From an uncultured virus (IMG/VR IMGVR_UViG_2630968826_000003) (taxonomy: Duplodnaviria > Heunggongvirae > Uroviricota > Caudoviricetes), in the IMG/VR virus record IMGVR_UViG_2630968826_000003: DNA of 20,000 bases; one strand, 5' to 3'. The position numbers were made by a program, and so were the translations under genes. Positions 1 through 8,685 of this stretch are shown here, one piece after another. The notes below the pieces were generated by a model, which was not told where the DNA came from, made no database searches, and saw only the letters and a list, made by a program, of their open reading frames with translations. The first letter of the stretch is position 1, and every line of letters starts with the position of its first letter.

Positions 1-288
1 ACCGTTTGTGTAGAGGTAAGCAGCAACATCAAAAAGAGACATTGAATTAATGGACAAAACCACCCAGCTTTCAAAGCCAGCAACAACTTCATTTACTGGC
101 AGAACATGAGTGATCACCGCTGACCATTCCCTACCGGTGTATTTTCCGTGACTCCACTCCTTTAATGAAAGAACATCACCTACCTTATAATTACGGTCAT
201 TTTTGCGTAGTTCGGCCTTTTTCTGGCCAGCCACTACAGCATTAAGATATTTAGGCGCTATCTTCAGCGTATGAACTTTTATTGCCAT
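1..288 (-). CDS. ASCH/PUA-like (DUF3850-type) phage protein, 3'-partial at window edge
   Basis: Not in the ORF track. Manual translation from ATG at 288: [45 protein letters not shown]..., matching the HxLKI..GxKxAExRxNDRxYxVGD signature. Open to base 1 and overlaps the stop of the upstream gene. Confidence 0.8.
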   Translation of the reverse strand, partial: MAIKVHTLKIAPKYLNAVVAGQKKAELRKNDRNYKVGDVLSLKEWSHGKYTGREWSAVITHVLPVNEVVAGFESWVVLSINSMSLFDVAAYLYTNG

Positions 289-509
289 GCTGCACCGCCT
301 TTACTAAAAGTCACCGATTCTTCGCGCAGCAGTTCAATTATTTCAGCAGCATTAAGCCCCTCGGTGTCCGCATGGGTGGCCAGCTTATCCAGACGAGAGG
401 AAAACAGAACGGCGGCTGCTGCCTTTCCCTCATCTACGGCTTTTTTTAAGATTTCCTGATAGTTTGAAAGCGGAGTAGTAACGTTTACTTCAGAGCTAAT
501 TTGTGCCAT
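279..509 (-). CDS. DUF2732-family P2/186 early protein
   Basis: 76 aa; [24 protein letters not shown] pattern and position in the early operon. Confidence 0.75.
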   Translation of the reverse strand: MAQISSEVNVTTPLSNYQEILKKAVDEGKAAAAVLFSSRLDKLATHADTEGLNAAEIIELLREESVTFSKGGAAWQ

Positions 510-538
510 TTCAATATCCTCAAGGCAAAAGAATCCCC

Positions 539-557
539 GGCCACTTGAACCGTGGCC
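539..557. other. Intergenic hairpin GGCCAC-N7-GTGGCC (possible terminator/processing site in the early operon)
   Basis: Perfect 6-bp GC-rich inverted repeat followed by A6 on the + strand. Confidence 0.35.
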
Positions 558-576
558 AAAAAATTCAGGTTGTTAA

Positions 577-978
577 TTAGTGAAAAGCGGGTTGTGTAGT
601 GACGGCTGAATAATTCGGTGCCGGAATAAGGTGAAGCTCATAGGTTGTCCGCCACCACTCCTGGATCAGCGCCTTTATCTCGCCAACACCCAGCGCCCCG
701 GCTGTATAGAAAATTGCGCGAATCCCCGCCAGCGCTTCAATCTGTGCCTCTTTGCTCTCAGCTTCGCGGTACACGCAGCACCAGAAAGCGGCATTGATCG
801 CCAGCCAGTGGCGCTGGTTAGTCATGTGTTCGGTGTCATTGAAGAAGAATGGATGCAACGCAATGCGGCCATTTTTACTGGCGCTTTTCTCTGCAAATGC
901 TACCGCGTAGTTATGTGGGACACCCCACACAGCCAGTTCAGCCCCCAACGATTTACCCTCTACGGAAATAATGCTCAT
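577..978 (-). CDS. Phage hypothetical protein (early operon)
   Basis: 133-aa ORF whose start overlaps the upstream stop (translational coupling). Confidence 0.75.
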   Translation of the reverse strand: MSIISVEGKSLGAELAVWGVPHNYAVAFAEKSASKNGRIALHPFFFNDTEHMTNQRHWLAINAAFWCCVYREAESKEAQIEALAGIRAIFYTAGALGVGEIKALIQEWWRTTYELHLIPAPNYSAVTTQPAFH

Positions 979-1403
979 TAGTGATTCCCCTGCTGCAATT
1001 TATGGACAATATGAGGTGCGATAATCATCTGCACTTTGTTCCTGGTATTAATGGGATGGACGATTTTTACTGGACGTTCAGCGGTTCGTCTGGAGAAATC
1101 ACTGTCCCGTAAACTCCCGAATCCGCTAAAAGTTAAACGAGCACGGGAAATTCCCTGGCGCAGCTGTATCATGTCCCGATACTCCAACCGCTCAAAAAGT
1201 TCTCGCCAGCAACAATTACTTAAGCTGCGTTTAAAAACGCCGGATCTGGAATTGATTGCAGCAGCATGAAGAACCACCCCGCGCCATTCTGGTGTCAGGT
1301 TGTCCCACCATTCAGCGGCTTCACTGCTAGTACTGAAATATTTGCGCCGAATCTTTTTAAGATGATCCAGCCCACGCTTTTGCTGCTCATGGTTAATTGC
1401 CAT
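978..1403 (-). CDS. Phage early protein, weakly reminiscent of DUF5347/P2 protein B
   Basis: ORF track 978..1415; ATG at 1403 (MAINHEQ) after a G-rich RBS is preferred; sits directly downstream of fil. Confidence 0.6.
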   Translation of the reverse strand: MAINHEQQKRGLDHLKKIRRKYFSTSSEAAEWWDNLTPEWRGVVLHAAAINSRSGVFKRSLSNCCWRELFERLEYRDMIQLRQGISRARLTFSGFGSLRDSDFSRRTAERPVKIVHPINTRNKVQMIIAPHIVHKLQQGNH

Positions 1404-1620
1404 AACGCCCCCCAACCATTCCCAGCAGGCGGCGGGTTTTAGTCGTCAGGAAACGCAGAACAGAACCGCCCTTCATCTGGACAGACTCATGTGCATTGAA
1501 TTTATAGGTGTGACCAGGATTCCAGCGCTGGCCGTTCGGCAGTTCTATCCAACCGGTTGAACCACTGGGTAACTGCATAGCCGGTGATTCTTTTTTCAGG
1601 TAAGTCACAAACGCTTTCAT
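1393..1620 (-). CDS. fil: Phage 186 Fil-like filamentation protein
   Basis: LKKESPAMQ..GWIELPNGQRWNP resembles 186 Fil (LVKQSPGMH..GWI..DGKRWHP); directly after cII. Confidence 0.7.
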   Translation of the reverse strand: MKAFVTYLKKESPAMQLPSGSTGWIELPNGQRWNPGHTYKFNAHESVQMKGGSVLRFLTTKTRRLLGMVGGRYGN

Positions 1621-1629
1621 AATGTTCCC

Positions 1630-2133
1630 TCACATCAGGCCAGTGGCATTCGTCGTGACCAGATCCACCGCTGCGGCTAAAACCGGCGCAGAATGGATAC
1701 GGCTTTCAACGGTGTAAGCCAACACGGAAAGGCTACGGATAGCATCGCGAGCGCGATCAAGAATTTGTGTACGGCGGGCGGCGGTCATGTGCTCTGTTGA
1801 TACCGCTTCCCCAGCAATCGCGCCCACACTGGCGGTAGCGCTCAACGCGCAAAACTGCATATTCGCTTCAGTTGCGTTATTTACCGGCACTGATGGCAAA
1901 CAATTAATTTGCGAAAGCATTCCATCCAGCAGACGCGCATCTTCTGTATGGTCAGTAATGGCCAGAAGTTCATCACAGGTCAGGCGATGCGGTTGTAACG
2001 GATTTAACTTATTGCGTAACAACTGTGGTCTCATACCAACGGCAGCGGCCACATCTTCCAGATTGTGTGCTAGCGCGAACGCTCGGCAAGCGGCATTAAA
2101 GTGCGCATGTTTAGAAGTCTGATAATCAAACAT
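1630..2133 (-). CDS. cII: Phage 186-type CII transcriptional activator
   Basis: MFDYQTSKHAHFNAACRAFA..LRNKLNPLQPHRLT..TEDARLLDGML closely resembles 186 CII; true start is the ATG at 2133 (167 aa). Confidence 0.9.
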   Translation of the reverse strand: MFDYQTSKHAHFNAACRAFALAHNLEDVAAAVGMRPQLLRNKLNPLQPHRLTCDELLAITDHTEDARLLDGMLSQINCLPSVPVNNATEANMQFCALSATASVGAIAGEAVSTEHMTAARRTQILDRARDAIRSLSVLAYTVESRIHSAPVLAAAVDLVTTNATGLM

Positions 2134-2170
2134 AGTTTTATCCCTAAAAATATTTAATATTGATAAGGAG

Positions 2171-2374
2171 TTAAGAAACCCACGGACTTTGGTCTGCAGT
2201 CCATGCCAGCCAATCGACATAAACCCGCTCGCCGCGTTTATCTTTTGGTTTGATCTTCAGACGACCATTTTGATACCAATAGCGGGCGCGACGCAGGGGA
2301 ACGCCGGAACGTTCACAAAAGGTGTTTAAATCTACCCAACGGTTTTCGCTATATGTTGAAACGGTGGATGTCAT
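2171..2374 (-). CDS. Apl/Cox-like repressor-excisionase (winged HTH)
   Basis: 67 aa, first gene of the lytic operon, divergent from cI; excisionase-like basic HTH with a wing (GRLKIKPK..RVYVDW). Confidence 0.75.
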   Translation of the reverse strand: MTSTVSTYSENRWVDLNTFCERSGVPLRRARYWYQNGRLKIKPKDKRGERVYVDWLAWTADQSPWVS

Positions 2375-2398
2375 AAGGCAAAATCCTCTAACTATGGC

Positions 2399-2445
2399 TG
2401 TCAGTCAGTGTCAATGTTTGGTAGCCAGTGTGAATCGATGTAAGG
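2399..2445. repeat. Five 10-bp-periodic TGTCAGT-like direct repeats (putative Apl/Cox sites in the switch region)
   Basis: TGTCAGT, TGTCAAT, TGGTAGC, TGTGAAT, TGTAAGG at 2399, 2409, 2419, 2429, 2439; the same motif recurs near att at 4124-4160. Confidence 0.6.
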
Positions 2446-2491
2446 TTTTAGTGTTCATGAGCATGGTATGAACACTAAAATGAAATGTCAA
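2446..2491 (-). promoter_or_regulatory. Lytic promoter (pR-like) overlapped by a 13-bp inverted repeat (putative CI operator)
   Basis: Minus strand TTGACA (2491-2486)-17 bp-TACCAT (2468-2463); IR TTTTAGTGTTCAT-N9-ATGAACACTAAAA at 2446-2480. Confidence 0.7.
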
Positions 2492-2510
2492 CAAAAAATG
2501 ACAACTTTAG

Positions 2511-3086
2511 GTGTTCACTATGAATTTAGAGACGGGTGCGCGTGAGGCTATCGAACGCATATGTGAGGTTTACGGATTCACATCGCGTAACCAATTAGCT
2601 AAACATATTGGAATCACTAACAGTTCGCTTGGTAATAGGATAATGCGGGATAACTTTCCAGCAGATATTGCAATTAGATGTGCGCTTGAAACAGGGGCCG
2701 CATTGCATTGGCTTGTTACAGGCGATGGCCCGAAATTCGATCATGCCTTCAGTGATACCGTAAGAATTCCTTCATATAAATTTGAAGGAACAAAATTGGT
2801 GAAAACAGCATCATTTTTGTTCGATAAGGCAATGCTTCCCGACCACGTAGGCAACCCGGAAATCATCACCGAAGGAAACGCCAAATATCTGGTTGATAGA
2901 GCCGACTACCCCGCTGCCGATGGCAAATATCTGATTGAATACTCCGAAACCCAAAGCATTAAAGAACTAACACTATTACCGGGTAATAAGCTGCGCATCG
3001 ACTGGGGAAAATACCCGCTCGATTGTGAAATCGGCGACGTAAAAATAATAGGCAAAGTCATCATGACGATGGTGGTTAACACTTAA
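2511..3086 (+). CDS. cI: Phage 186-type CI immunity repressor
   Basis: AIERICEVYGFTSRNQLAKHIGI..RDNFPAD..CALETGAALHWLVTG is the 186 CI N-terminal HTH; start may be ATG 2520; stop overlaps the int start. Confidence 0.9.
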   Translation: MFTMNLETGAREAIERICEVYGFTSRNQLAKHIGITNSSLGNRIMRDNFPADIAIRCALETGAALHWLVTGDGPKFDHAFSDTVRIPSYKFEGTKLVKTASFLFDKAMLPDHVGNPEIITEGNAKYLVDRADYPAADGKYLIEYSETQSIKELTLLPGNKLRIDWGKYPLDCEIGDVKIIGKVIMTMVVNT

Positions 3087-4096
3087 TGGCGGTTCGTAAA
3101 ATAGACTCTGGCGAATGGCTATGCGACCTGCGGCCTACTGGCGTCAAGGGAAAACGCATTCGCAAAAAATTTGCCACTAAAGGCGAAGCGCTGGCTTATG
3201 AAAAATACATTGCCAGCGAAATGGAAGAAAAGCCATGGTTAGGTGAAAAGCAAGATAATCGACGACTATCAGAACTGATTGAACAGTGGCACGACCTTTA
3301 CGGCCGTACACTCTCTGATGCGGATCGGATGATGTCAAAATTGAAAGGTATCTGTGCGGGCATGGGCGATCCCATAGCGGCACAAATCACATCCGCAGAT
3401 TTTAGCCAATATCGTGAGGGCCGATTAAAAGGTGAAATTCCCGATGTTAACGGTCGACTAATGCCGATACAGCCCCAGACGGTAAATCATGAGCAGCGCA
3501 ACCTCTCAGCTGTATTTGGTACGCTAAAAAAACTGGGGCACTGGTCATTACCTAATCCTCTGGCAGGTATTCCAACATTCAAAGTTGATGAAAAAATGGT
3601 TTCTTTTTTGTACCCAGAAGAGATCAAAAGCCTGCTGCAATACCTATCAGAATCAAGCAGTGATAGCGTACTTATAATCACCAAAATCTGCTTGGCTACA
3701 GGGGCCAGATGGAGTGAGGCCGAAAATTTAGAAGGTGCGCAGGTCACGCCGTATCGGATAACCTACAAGAACACCAAAAATGGAAGAGTCAGATCGATTC
3801 CTATCTCGAAAGAACTGTATGACGAAATTCCGAAAAAACGTGGGCGTTTGTTCACGCCATGCCGTAAGACTTTTGAACGAGTAGTGGCTAAAGCGGGCAT
3901 TGAGTTACCTGACGGGCAATGCACACACGTACTGCGTCATACATTTGCCAGTCATTTTATGATGAACGGTGGAAACATCCTTGTCCTCAAAGAAATACTT
4001 GGGCATTCAGATATAAAAATGACAATGATTTACGCACATTTCGCGCCTACACATTTAGAAGATGCTGTACTTAAAAACCCTTTGGCTAACCTTTAA
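3086..4096 (+). CDS. int: P2/186/HP1-family tyrosine integrase
   Basis: 336 aa; TGARWSE, HVLRHTFASH, LGHSDIKMTMIYAH catalytic motifs; adjacent to att. Confidence 0.95.
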   Translation: MAVRKIDSGEWLCDLRPTGVKGKRIRKKFATKGEALAYEKYIASEMEEKPWLGEKQDNRRLSELIEQWHDLYGRTLSDADRMMSKLKGICAGMGDPIAAQITSADFSQYREGRLKGEIPDVNGRLMPIQPQTVNHEQRNLSAVFGTLKKLGHWSLPNPLAGIPTFKVDEKMVSFLYPEEIKSLLQYLSESSSDSVLIITKICLATGARWSEAENLEGAQVTPYRITYKNTKNGRVRSIPISKELYDEIPKKRGRLFTPCRKTFERVVAKAGIELPDGQCTHVLRHTFASHFMMNGGNILVLKEILGHSDIKMTMIYAHFAPTHLEDAVLKNPLANL

Positions 4097-4099
4097 CGA

Positions 4100-4195
4100 G
4101 ATCCACATAGTGTCCATTCAGCGTGTCAGTGGCTGTTATTAATTGTCAGTGATTGTTAATCATCCCTTTGATTTATAACATAACTCATTGTTTTT
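4100..4195. promoter_or_regulatory. Phage att arm: Int arm-type, Apl/Cox and IHF-like sites
   Basis: ATCCACA/TGTCCAT pair (~4101-4117); TGTCAGT/TGTTATT/TGTCAGT/TGTTAAT at 10-bp period (4124-4160); IHF-like TAACTCATTGTTT at 4181. Confidence 0.5.
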
Positions 4196-4212
4196 CTGTA
4201 CCTATTGGAAGA

Positions 4213-4257
4213 ATGTAGGAATTTCGGACGCGGGTTCAACTCCCGCCAGCTCCACCA
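4213..4257 (+). repeat. Duplicated 3' end of ssrA (tmRNA): attR of the prophage and left att of the second island
   Basis: ATGTAGGAATTTCGGACGCGGGTTCAACTCCCGCCAGCTCCACCA matches the enterobacterial tmRNA 3' T-arm/acceptor end; upstream sequence is not ssrA, so this is a fragment. Confidence 0.93.
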
Positions 4258-4291
4258 CTTTTTAGTTGTTTGAAGTACAATGAAGTCTACT

Positions 4292-4325
4292 AAGCCCGCA
4301 TGGAACCAGCCTTGCGGGCTTTTTT
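4292..4325 (+). terminator. Rho-independent terminator after the ssrA fragment
   Basis: AAGCCCGCA-N12-TGCGGGCTT followed by a T-run. Confidence 0.85.
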
Positions 4326-4370
4326 ACGTCTATAGTAGTCTAGTGAGAATTGCTGAGAACTATCACTTAT

Positions 4371-4420
4371 GGCACCCTGAATGGGACCCACAACGAAGGG
4401 TCCTAAAATCGAGGGTCCCA
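4371..4420. promoter_or_regulatory. Putative integrase arm-binding repeats
   Basis: GGCACCC, GGGACCC, GGGTCCT, GGGTCCC clustered immediately before the int start codon. Confidence 0.5.
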
Positions 4421-4422
4421 AA

Positions 4423-5652
4423 ATGGCAAAAATCGCTAAGAAGCTCACTGACACTGAAATCAAAAGCACCAAGCCAGCCGACAAAGAAATCAACTTGTTT
4501 GACGGAGATGGTTTGATACTACGAATCGCTCCCCTCTCGAAAGGAGGGAAGAAGAATTGGTATTTCAGGTATGCAGTGCCAGTGACCAAAAAGCGAACTA
4601 AAGTAAGCTTAGGAACCTATCCTCATCTTACACTTGCCAAGGCACGAGCTTTACGTGAAGAATACCTTTCCTTGCTTGCCAATGGCATTGATCCTCAAGT
4701 CCATAACAACGATAAAGCTAATGCCTTAAAGAACGCCACTGAACATACTCTCCAAGCCGTGGCAAGGAAATGGTTGGAGGAGAAGGTAAAGACCTCAGGT
4801 ATCTCACAAGACCATGCAGAAGACATCTGGCGAAGCCTGGAGAGAAATATCTTTCCCGGCTTGGGTAATGTTCCTGTCAATGAGATTCGACCCAAACTCT
4901 TAAAGCAACATCTTGACCCTATTGAGCAACGAGGAGTCCTCGAAACTTTACGGCGAATCATTTCCCGCCTGAATGAAATTTTCCGCTATGCAGCAACAGA
5001 AGAACTCATAGAGTTCAATCCGGCTGACAACCTGGGGCAACGGTTCAGTAAGCCTAAAAAACAGAATATGCCAGCATTACCCCCTTCCGAATTACCCCGC
5101 TTTCTATTGGTGTTAAACAATGCCTCTGTCCGTTTGGAGACTCGATTGCTGATTGAATGGCAGTTACTGACCTGGGTTCGTCCTGGTGAAGCTGTACGCA
5201 CAAGATGGGCTGATATAGATATCGATAATTCAGTGTGGAACATCCCAGCTGAGTTTATGAAAATGAAGAAGCCTCACAAAGTTCCACTAAGCAAAGAAGC
5301 TTTGAGAGTCCTGGAGTCAATGAAAGCGATAAGTGGGCATCGTGAATGGGTGTTTCCAAGCATAAAGGCTCCTCTTAACCATATGCATGAACAAACAGCT
5401 AATGCGGCCATAATCCGTATGGGCTTTGGGGGAGAGCTTGTAGCCCATGGAATGAGATCAATAGCACGTACGGCCGCAGAGGAGTCTGGTAAATTCAGAA
5501 CAGATGTCTTAGAAGCGGCCCTTGCCCACTCGAAGAAAGATGAAATAATTGCAGCTTACAATCGTGCTGAGTATCTCGCTGAACGAGTTGGTCTCATGCA
5601 GTGGTGGAGTGATTATTTGCGGTCTCAAAGACACAAAAGTATTGCGGCCTGA
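4423..5652 (+). CDS. intA: CP4-57 IntA/SlpA-like (P4-family) tyrosine integrase
   Basis: MAKIAKKLTDTEIKSTKP..LFDGDGL arm-binding domain; VRPGE, HGMRSIART, LAH, AYNR motifs; start at 4423 preferred (409 aa). Confidence 0.92.
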   Translation: MAKIAKKLTDTEIKSTKPADKEINLFDGDGLILRIAPLSKGGKKNWYFRYAVPVTKKRTKVSLGTYPHLTLAKARALREEYLSLLANGIDPQVHNNDKANALKNATEHTLQAVARKWLEEKVKTSGISQDHAEDIWRSLERNIFPGLGNVPVNEIRPKLLKQHLDPIEQRGVLETLRRIISRLNEIFRYAATEELIEFNPADNLGQRFSKPKKQNMPALPPSELPRFLLVLNNASVRLETRLLIEWQLLTWVRPGEAVRTRWADIDIDNSVWNIPAEFMKMKKPHKVPLSKEALRVLESMKAISGHREWVFPSIKAPLNHMHEQTANAAIIRMGFGGELVAHGMRSIARTAAEESGKFRTDVLEAALAHSKKDEIIAAYNRAEYLAERVGLMQWWSDYLRSQRHKSIAA

Positions 5653-5999
5653 ATAAAAAAATTTTTAAAGAAAACAATAGAATACTCAAAAATAAACTCT
5701 CTGTATATTGTACCTATTATACTTCTTTAAAAATCAAAGGATATCAATGTATATGCAGAGATGCACCCTTAATAAATGTTTCAACTAAAGATCCAATATA
5801 TGAAACCAATATACACAACATGTAAAGATGATGCCTATGCTTAGTAAGCATCTTTACACAATGAATTCACTGCCATTCATTTTTTAGCAATCCGATCAAA
5901 CCTTGATTTTGTCAAATTTCAGTTTAGATAAAACACTAATCTTATACAAAACTTCATTGAAGGAACAATTCCCCCCCTGAAAATTAACCATGAAACCTT

Positions 6000-7412
6000 C
6001 TACTTCAAATCAGCCAGTTCTTTTTCTTTTATAAATTTTGTTTTCACCCCCAACAAACTATATATATAACCACCACGTTCAATTAACCTATCATCGTTTG
6101 TTAGGAAGTAATCAGCTTTCCAAGCATGTGCTAAATGCTGAACATCCTGGTAGCTCGATAGTATTTTTTTCTTATCACGAACCCTTTCAGTTTTATAATT
6201 AATAATATCTAAAAATTCGCTAACTCTCTCTATAATTTCAACATAATCGAAGTCTTTATCAACACTAATTCTCCCTGCTTTCATGTCCTCTAGATCGAAT
6301 TGGTTTGTTATATTCAACAAAACACTTTGTAAAAAATCGAAAAAACTGGCATTGATATCATTTATCATGATATTTTTTGTAGAATCAATAGCCATGAAAA
6401 AATCAGATATATCATCATTGATTTTTGAAACTATTCTGCTATCTTTTCGTACAAATGGATATGCGAAATAGTTTAATTTAGCTTTATAATACTTTATATT
6501 TTCAGCAACCGAAGTCGCAGGTAACCATTCAATAACTCTATTAACCAAAGTATAAAACTCTTCTTTCACATAGCGTATTTCATTATTAACCTTGGAAATA
6601 AAAACACCATTTGTAAGTTTTAATACTTGTGCCAAGTATAAATTAAAATATACATAATCCATTTTAATCCCATCTTCAACCAAATAAGGACTAAACACAA
6701 ACACATACTCACCACTTTCTTTTAAAGAATTCAAAAGCGACCGGAGTTTTTTATTTTTCTCAGAACAATATGCACTAATAATATTTTGATCTATATATAC
6801 AACTTTTTTATTGTGAAGTAAATTCTCTGCATCAACTTGCTCATACTCTATTAGCTGATCAACAGCTAATGAAGCGTAATTTGATATGTCATCACATGAT
6901 TGAATTTTTTTATAAGAAAAATACTCCACCATAAAAGCATTATAATTAGCATCAATGGAAGAGTAAAACTTTGTTAGTTCATTCCTCATATCATCATCTT
7001 TTAAAACAAAATGCATGAAACTATAGTTCTTATATAAACTACAAATAACAATCTCCATAGGGACATTACTATTAAAACCAAAAATGCGTAAAATTTCGCT
7101 ATAAAAAATGTCATTATCCTTTATAAGAGTTTCGCAATTCATTTTGAAATCACTTAGCTTACTACTAATCATACAAAGATCATAATAATGCACAGAAAAA
7201 TCATTATTTATTGGGAGGCTTATTTCCTTTATTTTATCAATGTTATTTTTAGTGAAATCTGAAATTACTTGTGATAAATCGCAGTATGTTTTGTATTTAT
7301 CCGTATAAGTATAATCGATTAGATGATATAAATCACTACTAATTAGATCAATATACTCAGTCAATATAACCAATGCAGATTTTGATAAAATTTTAATATG
7401 GTCAATTTCCAT
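6000..7412 (-). CDS. Hypothetical protein with a C-terminal PIN-like ribonuclease domain
   Basis: 470 aa; VYIDQNII..SPYLVED..DVQHLAHAWKADYFLTNDDRL matches the PIN acidic-residue pattern; N-terminal ~195 aa unrecognised. Confidence 0.65.
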   Translation of the reverse strand: MEIDHIKILSKSALVILTEYIDLISSDLYHLIDYTYTDKYKTYCDLSQVISDFTKNNIDKIKEISLPINNDFSVHYYDLCMISSKLSDFKMNCETLIKDNDIFYSEILRIFGFNSNVPMEIVICSLYKNYSFMHFVLKDDDMRNELTKFYSSIDANYNAFMVEYFSYKKIQSCDDISNYASLAVDQLIEYEQVDAENLLHNKKVVYIDQNIISAYCSEKNKKLRSLLNSLKESGEYVFVFSPYLVEDGIKMDYVYFNLYLAQVLKLTNGVFISKVNNEIRYVKEEFYTLVNRVIEWLPATSVAENIKYYKAKLNYFAYPFVRKDSRIVSKINDDISDFFMAIDSTKNIMINDINASFFDFLQSVLLNITNQFDLEDMKAGRISVDKDFDYVEIIERVSEFLDIINYKTERVRDKKKILSSYQDVQHLAHAWKADYFLTNDDRLIERGGYIYSLLGVKTKFIKEKELADLK

Positions 7413-7486
7413 TTGAAGTTCCTTTAAGATTAATTATTAAAATTTAGAATAAAAACCATTAAACCATTGAAGCTAATACTGATAAT

Positions 7487-8608
7487 TTACTTATAATAAC
7501 TAGAAATACAATTTCTCACATAGTTTCTAAAGGAAATCAAACTAAAATGTCTAGCACAAGTGCCTTTTGCATTTTCTGATATCCATTTTTCTTTATCATC
7601 TAACCATCTATCAACAAAATAATCTCTTAGATTTTCATCACTTATTCTTAAGCAAAAAATACAATCGCTAACTAATGCTGATGTCCCTTTAAACACAACG
7701 GTTTTTCCTAACACCCGTGTCCCGACCCGCGCAACTAAAATGTCATTTTTTAATGCAATGCCATCATAAGAATTAAAATTTGTTTCTTTTTCTGTTAGAA
7801 TGCTATCAAATGATGTAGTGTGGAAATAAGGTAATCCTGAATTTCGGCATTCCTTTCCTGATTTTTTTCCTCGAAATAAAAGAAACTTATCATCAAACTC
7901 TTCGGAAGCATCAGGAAATTGGTTTTTAAAAATAAAATCCATATTAGATAAATATATCTCGCAACCATTCTTTTCAAATGCAATTTGAGATTGTTTTCTG
8001 GAAAAAACATTCCTAATATGATAGATATGGGTTTTAGCCTCTGTTTTCTTAAATGCTTTATGCTCGCATTCTATAATTTTACTTACAGAAAAGTTGTTAA
8101 TCAAATACTCACGCAACCATGAATAACTTAATGAAGAAAAAAATATATCGGGTAGTATAATTGCAAGCTCACCGGAAGATTTAAGTTTTTTAAGATTTAA
8201 AAGCAAAAAAACTATCTCAGCTCTTACTTTATCACCTTTGAATTTCTTACCAGTCATATCAAAAACCAGTGAAGATATATAAGAGTTGATAACTATACTT
8301 TTGAATGGTGGGTTACATAAAGCGATATCAAAAGATGAATCGTTGATTAAATCACACAGTTCTGGCAATGTAGAATCACCGCATAAAACATTAACATCTG
8401 GATATTTACCCCTAAGATAGGAAGCATTTTTATAATCTATATCCACTGCAGTAACATGCACTTTTGGGTATTTTTTGAGCACAGCATCAATTAAAGCGCC
8501 CTCTCCGGCACTCAATTCCAAACAATTTGAAGGTCGAGCTATCTGGATTAACGCAGCAAGTTTATCACTCACTTCTCGCTCGGTATAAAACTGTTTAAAT
8601 TCAACCAC
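7487..8608 (-). CDS. N6-adenine DNA methyltransferase (gamma-type motif order) with a C-terminal TRD-like segment
   Basis: QFYT (motif X), LELSAGEGAL (motif I), NPPF (motif IV), LAIILP, F..TEAKT; C-terminal NDILVARVG..GK resembles HsdS-type TRDs. Confidence 0.85.
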   Translation of the reverse strand: MVEFKQFYTEREVSDKLAALIQIARPSNCLELSAGEGALIDAVLKKYPKVHVTAVDIDYKNASYLRGKYPDVNVLCGDSTLPELCDLINDSSFDIALCNPPFKSIVINSYISSLVFDMTGKKFKGDKVRAEIVFLLLNLKKLKSSGELAIILPDIFFSSLSYSWLREYLINNFSVSKIIECEHKAFKKTEAKTHIYHIRNVFSRKQSQIAFEKNGCEIYLSNMDFIFKNQFPDASEEFDDKFLLFRGKKSGKECRNSGLPYFHTTSFDSILTEKETNFNSYDGIALKNDILVARVGTRVLGKTVVFKGTSALVSDCIFCLRISDENLRDYFVDRWLDDKEKWISENAKGTCARHFSLISFRNYVRNCISSYYK

Positions 8609-8685
8609 TTATTTTCAATCTATCGTTTGAGAAACTCTTATGCTATATTACTTTAAATACCTTTTAAAATCAAAGAGATTAAAGG

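Larger units (their letters stand above)
1..4257. mobile_element. Right end of a P2/186-like (Fels-2-like) prophage integrated in ssrA; continues off the left edge
   Basis: Gene order int-cI <> apl-cII-fil-...-DUF2732 as in coliphage 186; ends at a duplicated ssrA 3' end at 4213-4257. Confidence 0.93.

Noticed and set aside
4213..4257. Complete tRNA or tmRNA gene
   Set aside because: Only the 3' 45 nt are present; the intact ssrA is expected at the far end of the prophage, outside the window
271..5243. Opposite-strand or overlapping short ORFs (271-459, 631-981, 1036-1269, 1787-2122, 3177-3383, 3487-3747, 4280-4516, 4290-4589, 4695-4961, 4986-5243)
   Set aside because: Shadows of well-supported genes or terminators, with no recognisable motifs
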